Both the position numbers and the translations under genes were made by a program. A stretch of 61,530 bases of DNA, the filler included, from Rhabdomonas costata (lineage: Eukaryota), in assembly GCA_019059605.1 (NCBI GenBank). It is 9 parts of 9 records of this genome, joined end to end, with 100 filler letters (N's around TTAATTAATTAA, not from the genome) between each part and the next. Parts side by side here need not be neighbours in the genome. Positions count along the whole stretch, not along the records: positions 29,513 to 35,815 come from JAHMHO010000013.1; positions 35,916 to 42,383 come from JAHMHO010000014.1; positions 42,484 to 48,957 come from JAHMHO010000015.1; 6 more parts are not named here. The stretch is one strand, 5' to 3'. Positions 35,104 to 48,152 of the stretch are shown here, in pieces. The notes beneath the pieces were generated by a model. The model did not search any database, was not told the DNA's origin, and saw only the letters and a program-made list of their open reading frames with translations. Each line of letters starts with the position of its first letter. The stretch's first letter is position 1.

Positions 35104-35815
35104 TTCAAAGGGTAGGCCTCAGCAGGTCTGCAGGTTGGCGGCTCCATTTCAAAGAAAGCCTCGTTGGTGAAGTCACCACCTAGCGCACGCAAGTCCGTTC
35201 CCGCGGGTACCGTTCCCGCCATCTCGGGGGCTTTTTCATGAGAGGAACCCAGGGAACGAAAGTCTTAGAGAGAAGAGGTGGGGGTTAGAGAAACGTGAGG
35301 AGGGGTAGGAGGTTCGGTGAAGACAAAGAGAAAAAAAGAAGAAACTGTGGTACAAGTTGAGGCTTTGAAGGACGGAAAGTGCCCCCCCGCACATACCCCA
35401 CGCACAAATGGTGACAGTAATGGAAGGGGAAAAATGAAAGGGAAACACAACAGCATTTGAACAAGTGATAATATGGGAAAAAAGTGGGGAAGGGGCGAAA
35501 CCATGTCGGGAGATATAACGTCGAGGTGGGAATGGGCCAGGGAAGTTAGGGAGGAGAATTGGGAGGCAGGAAAAATGGGAAAAGGAAAAACGGAAGAACG
35601 TGCCGGCAATCTGATTGAAGAAGTTATGTGTGCGGGGTGATGGAAACTCCCCGCTAGCAGCTCCGCAATCAACCCGATACAGAGGAGGTGCTGAAAAAAC
35701 CTCTCTAGCCCACCTCACTGGCACCCATTGTGCTTTGTGGCGGAGTGCTTTCGTGTCCGGAGAGAAAGCCATGGATAACACACTGCCCGACACCCCAAAC
35801 CACACACACCCAACA

Positions 35816-35915
35816 NNNNNNNNNNNNNNNNNNNNNNNNNNNNNNNNNNNNNNNNNNNNTTAATTAATTAANNNNNNNNNNNNNNNNNNNNNNNNNNNNN
35901 NNNNNNNNNNNNNNN
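35816..35915. other. Artificial contig spacer
   Basis: N44-TTAATTAATTAA-N44. Confidence 0.99.
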
Positions 35916-36053
35916 GTTTTGTTGTTTGTTGCTTGTGTTTTGCATCACGTTCACGTTGTGTACTCCGCGTGCATGCTGCGGCCAGTTGCGTTGTGGTGGG
36001 ATACAGATGCGGACACTAGGGCAACAGTATTTTTGGAAACCCGTGTTCCGCAG

Positions 36054-37811
36054 GAGGTGGGCCCGAACCGCCCGGTAGTACTTCTGGGCCACAGCATGGG
36101 CGGGAAGGTTGCTATGGCAGTGGCAGCCTCGTGTGGCTCGGACCCTTCGCCGCTTCGCGGGCTTATTGTTTGCGATATCGCCCCTGTGCGGTACCCCAGC
36201 GCCACTACCGAGACGCTACTTGGGCCCATGATGACTGCCTTACGGCGTCTTGAGCTGTCCTCAGTGCACACTCTGGAGGAGGCCAGAGAGGTCCTCAAGC
36301 GGGCTCTTCCAGAGCCGAGATACGTGCAGCTGCTGCAGGATAACTTGGAGGTCGCATCTGCCATTTACGTTCATTCCAACCTCTCCCACTGATACCGTTA
36401 CAGGGCGGAGAAAAAATAAAGGAAGGCTCACACTGACGAACTAACTAGAGGACGCAGGATCCCTCTCTTACCCTCTTAAAGAAATTTAGCGCAGCAATTG
36501 TTCATTTGATCGAGAGAGAGAGAGAGAGAGAGAAACGATGAGCGAAGAAAAGCACAAAAAAAAGTGAAACGAGAAAGGGCGCGTGCAGTTTGAAGGTGCT
36601 CCCGTGACACTATTGGTAGACATGAAATTTGGGCCGGAACGATTTCAGACATTTTTCATCGTGGCATCGAGGAATCTATATTTCGTCCATGTATTGGTCC
36701 GGAACGACGTGGGCTGGTGACATGAGTAGAATTACTGTGGTTTTGAGAGAAGTAGGGTGGCTGTGGCACTTTCGTTTTCTTTCTTGTGGCCTTTTCTTGC
36801 TTCAGCGTCCTTGCTGTCTTTGGCTTCATTCGAATATATCGTTATCATCACATACAGAGGTATCCATTGAACCAACCTTTTTCCCCAGCCTTTCGCTTTC
36901 AGTAATTTGGACAACCACGGCCATGGAGCCTTCCTTACCCTTCAACACGATATCACTTAGTGGTCGAAAGCCCACCTCGGTTCCGAAATGTCACCCCATG
37001 CTCCATCGACTGCTGTCATGAAGGCTGTTTAGTGCCATTCACTCACTGTGAGTGTCTGGTTGCACATCTGACGGTAGAGAGTTGCTGAGGTTGTGAGCTA
37101 AAAGTGTGCAAACCTGACTTTCCCACAGTTAAATCAAGGCCGCGTGCAGTGGAGGTTCAATCTGGACTGCATCGCCCGCAGCATGGCAGATCTGGGGGAC
37201 TTCCCATCCTTGTCAGCCCCTCCCGAGGGGTGTCGCCGGCTCCGGACATTAGTGGTGGCTGGAGCTGCCTCGGAGTACTTCAGGTATTTTTCGTGTAAAT
37301 TTGAAAATTTGACGTTGAAAGAAAAGGGTCATCCCAAGTGGTCGGCCGGTTGGAACCTAAAGATGGCCTCTGGTTTTCGTCCTTGCTAGCAGGAATGCTG
37401 ATGCATGACCCGAGCACGGGCAAGGGATGAAACCAACTTGTTGCTTGCTTCTTTTTTTTTTTGCTGCGGCACTGGTTGTCGTTCAACCGACAGCTGGGTA
37501 CCATATGGGACCTTTGCGCTGTTCACCTCACCGGTAGATTTGTACACGAAGTGGGAAACGCCCATTTTTAATTCTTCGTGGGTGCTTCTACGTCGGTACT
37601 CCTGGGCGTGGTTGATGTGTGGGTGTTTTTGTTTGGAGGGGGGGGTTGCTGTGGCAGCTCATCCGTGCATATGCCAGCGGTCCGGGCACTGTTCCCCGCC
37701 GCAGAGTTGGAGGTGCTTCCCGGGGCGGGGCACTGGGTGCACTTTGATCAGCCTGCGGCGTTCCTGCGGGCGGTGGTGACATTTGTGCAGCCGCTGCTTT
37801 CAGTTTTATAA
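36054..37811 (+). CDS. ABHD11: Alpha/beta hydrolase, ABHD11/YbfF-like, 5'-truncated (exons 36054-36350, 37129-37283, 37658-37811)
   Basis: GHSMGGKVAM nucleophile elbow, LIVCDIAP, QWRFNL and AGHWVHFDQP. Both introns are GT-AG and in phase. Confidence 0.85.
36512..36533. repeat. (GA)n microsatellite (intronic)
   Basis: gagagagagagagagagagaga. Confidence 0.9.
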
Positions 37812-39338
37812 GTGCTCCCGAAAAGGACAGCTCGGCCTGCTGTGACATGTTTTTGAAGAGACTCCCACTCACGCTGGGGGCGACCTTGTGCGGGGATGCG
37901 CGTTCAGTGCCTCTCGCTGGTAGGGAGGGCCTAGTTTTGTGGAAGGTACTATCCCCTAATACCCTCAAGATGATCGTGGCTTTTTGAATAAATGGGTTGG
38001 CTTTGTCCTTTGTAGTTGACCTTGCACGACCGAACTCAGTCATGGGGACAACTGTATTTTGGAGATCGGAACTCCAAGTGTTTAGCACTGCCAAACCTTT
38101 AACTGTGCTAAACGACCGAACCGGGCAATTTTTTCGGTGTTTTTTTTTCGCGGCACGGGATTTCCTAACGTGTGTCAACAGCCTCTAAGAAAGAGTGTAG
38201 GACGGGACGCTGTTTCCCTTTTGACGCGGTTCGCTTTGCTATCTCGACGGCTTTCTGCTTCTTCTTCTGTTGGAAGCGTTTTGATCCTCAAAATGGGCTG
38301 GCGTGAGTACACGGACAGGGATTTCAAGGCCGTTCGCTGACGTCTCCAGAGGCCAGTGGACACTGAGATATTTGCGGTTACGTCTACGAGATGGACGGAG
38401 ATCGGGTGATGCAACGACTGGTTCCGGGTGTGCCGGATGGGTGGTTGGGTGGTTTGGTGCCATAGCGTCTTGTTCAGGGTAATGTTCCAGCCAGAGTGGT
38501 TTGCGTGGTTGTGAACAGGGGTTACGTTGCCATTGATACTGTGATATATCGCCCCCTAGCGCCCTTCTCCCTTTGCCTTGCGATGCGCAGGCGGACATCC
38601 GGGTGATTCCACGTCGGCCTCCCAGACGGACTCTGGGCCTAGTTTTGGGTCCGGCTCTGGTTCTGATTCAGAGGGAGCTCCATGCCACCCTTCAGAACCG
38701 CAACAAAGAGAACACTGGGAAGGCGTGATGCGTTTTGCACACTTACGCACAACCATGCGACGGGAATCCCTTCAACTGCGCTGACCCCGCGCCTGCACCA
38801 TCTCACATTTTCTCTCCCCCCTGAAATATCCCAACTTTGCAAGTCTTCACGCCCCCTCTCCCTTTGGTCAAGTGTTTTTTCTCTCTCTTTTCACGTTTTT
38901 TTTTTGGGGGGGGGGGCAAAAGTTCTGTATTACAGAGAGAGGGTGCTGCACGTACTCTCTGTGATTCGAATAGAAGCTCTGTAGGGAGTTAGGTTTGCGA
39001 TGCGCGGGGCCACTAGGATTCCAGTGGATGCTTTTCAAGGGGTAGGGAGGCGATCTACCTGTCCCCTGGGATTCCGTTAGAAGCTTTTGCTGTGTGTTAG
39101 TTGGCGATGAATGCACGCAATGGGATATCGGCGAGTTTTTTCTGGACTGCTCCGCTGTGCTGCGACGCCCAAGAACCTTGTGTTTTTATACATTCCGCAC
39201 CAATCCCGTTTGGGTGGGGTGGGATGGGATGGTGTGGCAATGGCACCAACGTCACGACCCCTTGCGGATTAATTCTGTTTGAGCGCTTTCGGTTGGCAGC
39301 CGTTTTCGTTAATTTCAGCACCTGGGCTCCCGGCACAG

Positions 39339-39944
39339 TCCGCGGACACCACGGGGTACCTGTTTGACGCCGATGACAACGAAAGGGCGGGCGACGTGGC
39401 CTATGTCGCCGCGTTTACTGAGGGCCGCTGGGTCTTCAGCCGGCGCCCCACCCCCGAGCAACCGGTTGCCGGTATTACCAACCGAGCCGCCCCTGAGTCT
39501 CTTTCCTTGGCTGCCACCCGTGACCTCATCCAAATTCTCCACGACGCCGGCGTTGGGAGCGGCACGAAGCTTTTCGTGGACATGGAGCACTCAAAGGCCG
39601 ATTCCGTGGGCGCCGTGAACACCCTGCTGCGGGCTCTGGGAGGGTGCAAAGTGTTCCTATATACCCAGGGCCACGGTGCTGCGGCGACGGAGTTCGTGCC
39701 ACACATCGACGTCCCTCCCGACGTGAGCCTGACCTTTGCCATCCCGACATACGGCGGGACGTCTGTTCGGGGTGCAGTGAGCGTGGCTCAGGCACTGCAC
39801 ACCCGGACCACCCCACAGACGTTCTGCCTGATTCTGGAGGATGGCCAGTGGGGCACGAACTTTACGGCTCCCGAAGTGCGCGAACCTCTGGTCCGCGATG
39901 CCCTTTACCAGGGTCTGGGAAACTGGAGGCGATACCGACGATAG
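39339..39944 (+). CDS. Terminal exon of a possible TIM-barrel glycoside hydrolase (GH25/GH18-like)
   Basis: GC3-rich ~200-codon ORF after a CAG acceptor, with an alternating beta/alpha pattern, LFVDMEH (DxE) and VFLYT. The family assignment is tentative and upstream exons (~38290-39030) are unresolved. Confidence 0.45.
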   Translation, partial: SADTTGYLFDADDNERAGDVAYVAAFTEGRWVFSRRPTPEQPVAGITNRAAPESLSLAATRDLIQILHDAGVGSGTKLFVDMEHSKADSVGAVNTLLRALGGCKVFLYTQGHGAAATEFVPHIDVPPDVSLTFAIPTYGGTSVRGAVSVAQALHTRTTPQTFCLILEDGQWGTNFTAPEVREPLVRDALYQGLGNWRRYRR

Positions 39945-41480
39945 GTAGTGCCCAACCGCACATAATCGTGATGCTTCCCTTCTGTTGGTCCATCTGGGCA
40001 GGTAAATTTCGAAATCGAGCTTTGCCGTTTGGGTAGAAACAAGATTCAACAATCGGAACCAAACATCTTTCTCAGGGGTTTGCCAGATTTGGACGAAAAA
40101 AATGTTGAAGTCTGAAAATTCTGTGAACTGTCTGTTTGATTCTCGAGGGTCGCGTTTTGGGAAAGTAATGAAAAGAACCCCGCAGCAGCTGTGTAGTCCG
40201 GTCAGATCCTGAATGGCGGCTCCTTTTTACCACTGGGTATTTTTGATATCATGCCTAGCTGTGTTTCCAAAGCAAGAGATGGTTGCCGAGACTGAGTGTA
40301 GATAACTCGAGAAAGAATCATGCCTTCAACGCACTGTGTGCGCATTGTGTTGTATTGTTACAAGCTATTAACTGACCGAAAGGCGACCGATATTCTAGGT
40401 TTCTGTGTGCCGGAAGTGTATCGCGTTTTTGAAGCGTTGAAGTGGTGCGACTTTTTGAGAGGACAGGGAATGCATCACACAACACATTCCTTGTTGCTGG
40501 CGAGTTGTGATGTTGTCGCTGCGAGTTCGATCTTAGTGTGAGCTTCGTAGGTGTTTTGCGTCTGGGGGTTCTAGTGGTGCATGTCTGTCTAGCTTACCAG
40601 ATGAGACTGGAAGAATGCCATTCGAGTGTTGGCGCTGGATCGATGGGGGGCATGGGCTGGAGATACTGCTGCGTCTACTTCGAGATGTGTCTGTGGTGGA
40701 TGTGGGTGATAGGTGAGGTACCTGCTTGTTGGTACCGGGATGAAGGTTTCCGGGTGGGTCTGCGTGGTATTTTGTGCTGGGCATCTGAAGTCACTGGAAA
40801 TGATTTGGTGGGTGATGGTCTGCAGGGTATGTAGTCTTATGATCCGTTGCTGATCTGGACTGCACACGGAACTAATTGGTTTGTGGGGATGCTCCGAATA
40901 CTTGCTGGCTCTGAGGGTAACGCGGACACCCGATGAGGTGAGCGCGCGTGCTTTTGCGTCTGGTCTCGCGTATTGATGTTGGTTGGGCAACGTGGGTATG
41001 CCAGGCTGCGTTTGGTTGCTGGTTCACCAACACGCACCCCTGAAAAGGTCAAAAGCACACCGATGGTTGCCCATTTGAATTCAAACTGTAACCAATTATC
41101 GAGCGAAGAGGATGTGAAAACGACCCCATTCGTAGAATAATGCAAATGCCGCCCGGCATACATCGGAATAAGACATTCTTTCCACTGCAACACAACATGG
41201 ACCAGATCAAACACGCCAATGGAGCCAAAGGAATCAGTATAAACAGGATGCCGTGATCAGTATGTAACACCGAGTAAGGGAACGCCGAATTTTCCAATAG
41301 GAGACATACGGACATCCTCACATAACAACCAACCCAAGAATCGAAGCGGCTTCCCGGAAACACCAGCAAAAGAAAGACAGAGAACCTCAATTGCTCCAGT
41401 AAGTATACCAACCACCTGCAATGCCCTAAAACCAAGGTGGAGAGACTTCATCATGGTGCAAGTTCCTGCTTCTCTCACTC

Positions 41481-41877
41481 TTAGGGGTTCTCCAGGGACC
41501 GCTCGTACTCCACAAAGAACTCCGGATAGACTTGGGCACCGTCGTACACAACAATCTCCCGGAACGCCAGCGGCATGGAACCGGGCTCCGCCAGCAGGCT
41601 GTCGTACCCCCCCTCCTCAATCGCCAACAAAGGATTGACAACTTTCATCTCCGTTGGGTCATAGGGCGCCGGGACGGTATAGATCCGCCCCAGAAGCGCC
41701 CTGCACAGCAGCATTCGGTAGGGCTTCGAAGGCGCGACCTTGCAGGGGCACTCCTGGGGATTCGGGCCCCGGTAGCAGCCCTTGAAGCAGGTCGGGCAAG
41801 GCACGTACAGATTAGCCTTGCTGCTAAGGTCGGCCAGGTACACCCCGCCTCCGAACATGACCGCTTCGCTCGAAAAC
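41481..41877 (-). CDS. PARP catalytic domain, tankyrase-like, terminal exon
   Basis: MFGGGVYLADLSSKANLY, a Cys cluster CPTC...CPC, MLLCRALLG, YDSLLA and FREIVVYDGAQVYPEFFVEY (catalytic Glu present). Confidence 0.85.
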
Positions 41878-42383
41878 CTTGGTTGGTGGGATATCATATT
41901 GGTGGTCATCGATTCCCAACCACGCCCAAAAGCAAAGTGGAATGGATGAATGGGACAGCATAGAGTTGAGGATGCTTTGCTTATGGCTCCACTGCCACGC
42001 ATATCGAGTATCATCCACTCTTTCAGTGTTCAGGTGGCTGGAGATCCAGCAATGAACACTGGAACAACAATGATAGTTACAGCGCAGGGAATGATGATGG
42101 CAAATTAACGTGACGCTAGCTCCTAACCTAAAAAGCCAAATAAAAATCTTTGACAAAAAGGTGAAGGAGGAGGAGGAATAACACCACCGATTCACGAGAA
42201 CTCCCAAAATGCCTGACAACTGAAAAATCTCTTCTTCTCGGCGCAACAAAATCCACTTCGTAATTTCCGGATTCTTTGGACGTCTCCCCGAAAAACAAAA
42301 CATGGGAAGCGCGGTAAATTTAGATTGGATTTAACAGTGCTGTACAATTACATCACCTCCCGTTCCAACCCCCCCCCAAACAC

Positions 42384-42483
42384 NNNNNNNNNNNNNNNNN
42401 NNNNNNNNNNNNNNNNNNNNNNNNNNNTTAATTAATTAANNNNNNNNNNNNNNNNNNNNNNNNNNNNNNNNNNNNNNNNNNNN
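42384..42483. other. Artificial contig spacer
   Basis: N44-TTAATTAATTAA-N44. Confidence 0.99.
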
Positions 42484-45400
42484 GGGGGTGGTGGTGGTCC
42501 TCTCGGAACTTCCGCAATGCCGCCACGCAGAACCTGGCATGATGGAAGCCCACCCCCCCCTCACTCAGAGGAAGTCCCGAAGCCCGAAGAGGAATTTACG
42601 ATTAATGAGTCACGGCACGCTTGACAATTGGATTACAAACGATTACAAATGAAAAACATGCAGTAAGTGGCGGGGTACGGGGGGCAAAGCAAAGCCAGTT
42701 GCAACGAGGAAAAGGAAATAAAAATCGCTTCGGTGGGGAGGCGCCAGAAAAGAAATGCACGTGGTAATGACTTTCAAAAGATACGAATACGTGAATGGTG
42801 GAAGAGAGAAAACCTAAAACAACATGAGAAGGAGAAAATTCAATGCCCCAGCACAATACACGGGTCCCCAAATGCACCCTACAGCGCCGACACGACGAGC
42901 AGGCATGGCAAACGCTGCATACACTTTTCCCGAGAAGGGCGAGAAGTGGTGAAAAAGTCGTCAAAATACAATGGCAAGTTGGCAACGACAGCCACAGGTC
43001 ACATATCAGCACGCGATACATTCAGCGCAAAGAAAAAGGAAAAAAGGAAAAAGAGAAAGCAGGATCGGAGAAGGAGAAGGGTGACCGAATAAACCACACG
43101 GCATATTGCAGGCGATGGTTACAAGCGGACTCTGCCCCTGCTCAATCCCTGCTCAGCTGGACAAGCCACAACAACCCATTCTGAGCAAAGTATTCAATCG
43201 CCCCCCATTTCTACTCATTCCACCATTGGGCGCCCAAAAGAGGGGCATTAAAAGTACTATGACAAGGGTACCAGAAGGGATCCGTGCTGGGGCCAAGGGA
43301 GCCCAGCTCTGGGCTGGCAAGGATCTCCTTCGTGGTGGGCTCCATTTCCGGGGGGTTCAGCACGGAAAGCTTTGCCACAGCCTCGTCGAAGTTTTGCTCG
43401 GTGTCGGACCGCTTTCCGGCTAATTGGTTGTTTGATAACTGCCCAACTTCGTCTTGAAGGATGGAAGCCGGTGCGGAAAAGCTTGCGGTTACGGATGGAA
43501 AAAAGCGATCAAAAAGTCATACTTCTCCAATGTATTATTGGGCCCTCTGTTAAGCGGTCCCATGGTTGCGGCCATTTCAGTCCAAGAGAAGGATAGGACT
43601 TGTACAGGTCGTGTGATTCAGGAAATGACCGCAATTAAATTGAAACCAGCATACTTGCCTTGCCGACGATGACGACGGCAGCCGAGGTAGAGAGGTTGGC
43701 TTTTATCGCGCGCCCAAATAGCCAAAGAGACTATAACTCATTGGGCCACTAACTACTAAACTCGAGCATGCGCGCGGGGAAGTGTGGACCGGTGACGAGG
43801 GCACCGATTTCCTTGCGTTGCTTGTACGTCAGCTCCCCACCGTTCCAAGTCGGGTTGGCAGCTTTCCACTTGGCAAAGTAGTGGCACAGCAGGGCGACGT
43901 ACGGGATGTGCGCATGCTGCACGGGACAGTCCAGAAAGACCCAACGAAACCCTCGCTACCGCCAGAGGACCATGTGAACAAGGGCCGCTGAAAAACTTAC
44001 AAACGGCAGCACAGAGCAACGTTACGAGGACAAGCTGCACGAGGACACTAAAGGTATCCAAGGCGGATGGAATCTCATGTTAGATTGCTGGGAAGCCGGA
44101 ATACCGATGCGTCCTTACACAGAGATTGAAGGGAGGGCTTGATGTCTGCCCGAGTTGTTTTTGCAGATTGTTTTTGAAGCGAAGAGCGGCTTCGCAGGGG
44201 TACACCGTCGGGCGGATGAAGTCGGATGGGGTGACAGTCCGTTACGACAGAAGTCGTATAATTTTGATTGGCAGACAAGGTCTCAAACGAGCGCAACGAC
44301 TTCGTTCCGCAAGTATCGAATTCTACCACACTGCTCAAGCGGGTTCCTCTTTGGAGCTTTGCCTACCGGTCCTGCACACGAAATTAAAACCTGTAAAGTG
44401 TCCTCGATTGCAGCAGGGTCGCCGATGGAGTCCACAAAGTGGGCCAGTGCGGGAAATGGCTGGGTGATTCGCATATCCTCCACCTGACAAAACCGTGGGA
44501 ACCACAGATACTTTGGAGAGATCCGCACAGCTTGCAGTGATATCGGCACATCGCGGAACTGGTAGTTTCCGAAACCGATGCAAATGTCGCAGAGGCAACA
44601 CAGAAATCCAATAAATCCCGACCCGTGGTCCAAACCTAACAGGGTTACTTTCAGGGACACCGGTGCTGCGACATCAAAGTAGATAACGGGACCTGCCCGA
44701 GCTACTCATTTCAAGAACCTGCCACAAATTACCCCAAAATAGGAAAGAGAGTTGATACTAATCATTCTGTATGCCCTCCCCCCCAAAAGGGAATGTTGCA
44801 AAAACTGAGCACTTTTCGGAGTACCGGGAGTACTGGGTAAGTGAAAATTACCCCCAAGGGAAAAATTTCCCCCAGCCACTGAGGAAGAAGGCTCCAACAC
44901 ATCACAGAAGATGCAGCAGTTCGAGCAGTTGTTCAATGGCATAGTTTTACCACAGCAAGCAAAGGAAAGGAGCAGGAAAGCCAAAACCTGCGATTGTAGT
45001 AACGAAAACACAACTCGTCTAGCTTGGATTGCAGAGGCGGAGACAGACTCTGTCGAAGAACAGATTCATTTTATTAGCTTTCGCCTTAATGACAGAGTGA
45101 GCGCTCTCTATAGTGTTGGTGTGATCTTGCATCGCGGGACTTGGGGAAATTTTTCCCTTGGGAGAAAAATTTTCACTTAGCCGTACCGTCTAAAAACCAT
45201 GTCTACTTCTAGGGTCTTAGAAGCGTCGCAGGTTTCTTTTGTTGGGCTGTTCAGAGAACTTGAGATGATACTGACCAAAATTAATCGTAAACAACAACAT
45301 AACCACAACGCACAATTAGTTGCAGCTGATTCGAGGAGTTGGAAAACCCAACCTGCCGCTCTGAGAATGTCACCACCACAGCAAGGCTGCCAATGTCGAG

Positions 45401-48152
45401 GCGGAGGTACCCAAACAGCCCACAGCACCGCACCAGGATCAGCGGGATGTTGGCCTTCAGAAGTATGCTGGGAGGAGGGGCAGGGGAGGGAGGCTGATGT
45501 GAGATGAGACGGAGATGTGACGGAGCAGTGAAGAGCAAGGGGATGAATGGAACATATCTCTGCATCGCAAAGGGAAGTCAAACGAGCCAACGGCTAGAAG
45601 CCTTAACTCCAAAGGTTAAATCCACCGCCGAATGTACAATAGTGGCCGTATGCATTAATTGCCAAACGTTGATCCAAAACCTCCTCCTTAAGATTTCAGC
45701 ACTTCTTTACACAGGGGATGGGTAGCGATCCCACGTTCCCGGGATTGCAGGTTGGACCCTTTCTTGGGACCAAACCCCATTTCAAGCCTTTCAAGCCTAC
45801 ACATCCATTTGCACTGGTGTTCAGAGCGAATCACATCAATAAATCTTGACCCTAGACGAAAAAAAAACGGTAGAAGGTGCACAACTCGGGGAATGGCACG
45901 CTCAGAACAGGATTTCCTCAACCTCAAAATGACAGGGTATGCGGATGCTGCCGTTTTTCCGTTTTCCGAGGTGCTCAGAAAGTATGACTACTACAGAAGC
46001 AGCAGACCTGGACAGCTCTAATGACAGGGGTTCGTCCAGCTGGGTGGCGATGACCAGGGTGAATCCGGACTCTGCAAAGTAGTTCGGGCGGGTGCGGATC
46101 AGCTCCGCTGGGGAGACCAGCAGGAAGGTCCCCTTGACGTCCGGATTGAGCTCGGCCAGGGTGCTTGTAACGCTCTTGGCCTGTAGCAAATAAAAGGGGT
46201 TCACCTATTTTGGGTAATTCTTATGTGGACCGGGAACAGAATCATCGCGTTGAAGCTCTTCACTGTGATTGCCATGTGCTGATTGCTTAGCTGAAGAAGT
46301 CCTTCTTGTTTTCTTCATTGTCTTCGCGCGCGCGTGCGTGTGGAAACGAAAACCATCATGGGCTTCAGAAAAGATTGCCCACAAAAAAAACTAACAGGAC
46401 CAAACAGGCCGTTTGTGCCGTTTGCCGCGTGCCACCGTTCCATGCTGAACCCATGACCGCAGACACCACGTGTCTTCAGGATTTCCATTGCATTCGGAGC
46501 CGCGGCGCCCAACAATGCTCACATCTCTTTCCTCAGAGAGATCGCCTGCTGGATGGCTTAGTCCAGCCACAAACGGCTCTAGCTACAACGATGACCATCT
46601 TGAGCGGTTTTTTGTCGTCTGGCGAAAAGTGAGGAGAAGAGAGAGGAGAAAAGATGGAAAGGAAACACAAATCTACAAATCATTCCAGAACAATGGCATT
46701 GCTACTACGGGTGGCTGTACATGCAGCGATGATGGAGGGCTCCAGACCGGACATGATCAGACGCAGCTCCGTCGGCATATGCTTGACAGCAAAGAATTGG
46801 TGCATCTCAGCATCCACATGGCAAAGGTGTGTGTTACCAGGGGGCTTCCCAAGTCCTCGACCGTTGCGAAGAAGTTGTTGCCCAGGTCACCCTCGGTCAC
46901 GATGGCGTCGCTGACGATAGTAAAGCTGCCCACTCCGGGCAGCACGAGGTTCTTAAGGGTCTCCGTGGCCACTCCAGAGGCATTCAGTACGCAAATCTGC
47001 ATCCCCAGATGCCCAGCAATTAGTGATGGCTATCAATACCATGGCTCCTAAGTGGCAAGGGGCTTTCGGAAGAAGGGGCTGCAGACGGGAGGAGGCTGGA
47101 GTTGACTACGTCATGCGCATGCCATTATGGATACTCTGATTGCTGTTTGACGAAAGACGTTAGACCTCGGTGGAGGAAAACTGAGAGCAGGTCAGGCAAG
47201 AATCGTAACCGTCACAACAAAACGAACTCGGAAAGTGGTGGCTCTCCCGGGTGCTGGGTGCGGCTCACCAGCGGCACCCATTCAAAGCTAAAGCACAGGT
47301 TTACGACGAAACACGGTTCCCGATATTCGAGAAGAAATTGCAGGGAGTTAAAAGGAGCCGGAAGCTAGAGGGCAAATGCACGGTTCGCCTGGAATCGAAC
47401 AGAAGGGTGTGCAGTGAGGTTAGAGTGTGACGGATTTCGTTCTGAGGTCCACAAGAACGTCCACGACGTCTTGGATACAAAGTGATCCTATTAGTTTATC
47501 TCTGGCACCTACCTAACATCTGCTGTTATACAGGCTATAATGATGACAGAACGGATACTGTCAGGCAGCGAAGTGGGCTAAGCCAAAGCAGGCCTGGGGT
47601 TTTTGTGTATACAACGGGCCTCCCGAAACTCTGCATTGCCGGTCCTTGGAGTCAGAATTTTCTGAACTGTCACCCTAGGCCGGTCGTGGTGCCCTTTGGC
47701 GGCTCTTTCGTAACCCTTTTGTGCCGCTTCTTGCCCCACGCAGCGGGGGTTTTACGACAGCACGCACAACGTTTTCACAAGAAACAAACCCACTCCGAAC
47801 GGGGCAAGGCAATTGGTGACGGAACCTCCCCACGTCAAATCGCAAAAACCGTTGGAAGAAACTGAAAATGTGATGCGCTTAGGGGACGATGGATGAACAT
47901 CACATCACATTTATTCCTTGACGGGACAGTTGTGTCTTGTTGTTGGCGTTTGTGTATGTTTGTGCGATGAAAAGACGGAAAAAACACGCAACGTTCTTAG
48001 ATGTATTTGTACGTGCTGGAAGCGAGGCATTCAGCAACCTTTGCGTGCTCGAGAGCGGCCTGGCCGGAGCTCCCCCAGAGCCGAAGCTGGCGGTCGTACT
48101 TCTGCTCTTTGAACGAGGGCGGCGCTGCCTCCGAAGCCACCTGCGTGCTCAT
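42484..48152 (-). CDS. NAE1: NEDD8-activating enzyme E1 regulatory subunit (APP-BP1), 3'-truncated; exons 48152-48039, 46996-46838, 46180-46008, 45467-45353, 44483-44391, 43916-43790, 43419-43272, 42533-42484
   Basis: [65 protein letters not shown] and [12 protein letters not shown] occur in order. All seven introns are GT-AG and phase-consistent. Confidence 0.93.
44830..45186. mobile_element. MITE-like element (~357 bp) with ~45-bp imperfect terminal inverted repeats in NAE1 intron 4
   Basis: Left end gtactgggtaagtgaaaattacccccaagggaaaaatttccccc versus reverse complement of the right end gtacggctaagtgaaaatttttctcccaagggaaaaatttcccca. No coding capacity. Confidence 0.65.
47674..47812 (+). 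repeat. Dispersed ~140-bp intronic repeat, copy A
   Basis: Aligns with 54847-55000 on a different contig (ggccggtYgtggtgcccYttggcggctcttt...gccgcttcttgccYcacgcagc...tttacgacagcac...ccgaacgggg). Confidence 0.9.

Noticed and set aside
34229-35805. Long ORFs (313 aa on +, 189 aa on -) and many other short or antisense ORFs in the track
   Set aside because: Low-complexity purine/pyrimidine-skewed intron or UTR sequence, or shadows of real exons; no protein motifs
45198-45362. Apparent third nonconventional intron plus mini-exon (SKTLEVDM) in NAE1, suggested by the stem agcg..gcaggtt/aacctgc..cgct
   Set aside because: A plain GT-AG splice 45353|44483 gives ...[14 protein letters not shown] with normal NAE1 spacing, so no non-canonical event is needed
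47375-47405. GTTCGATTCC (B-box/T-loop-like) on the minus strand
   Set aside because: The T-stem does not pair and no cloverleaf can be built; not a tRNA
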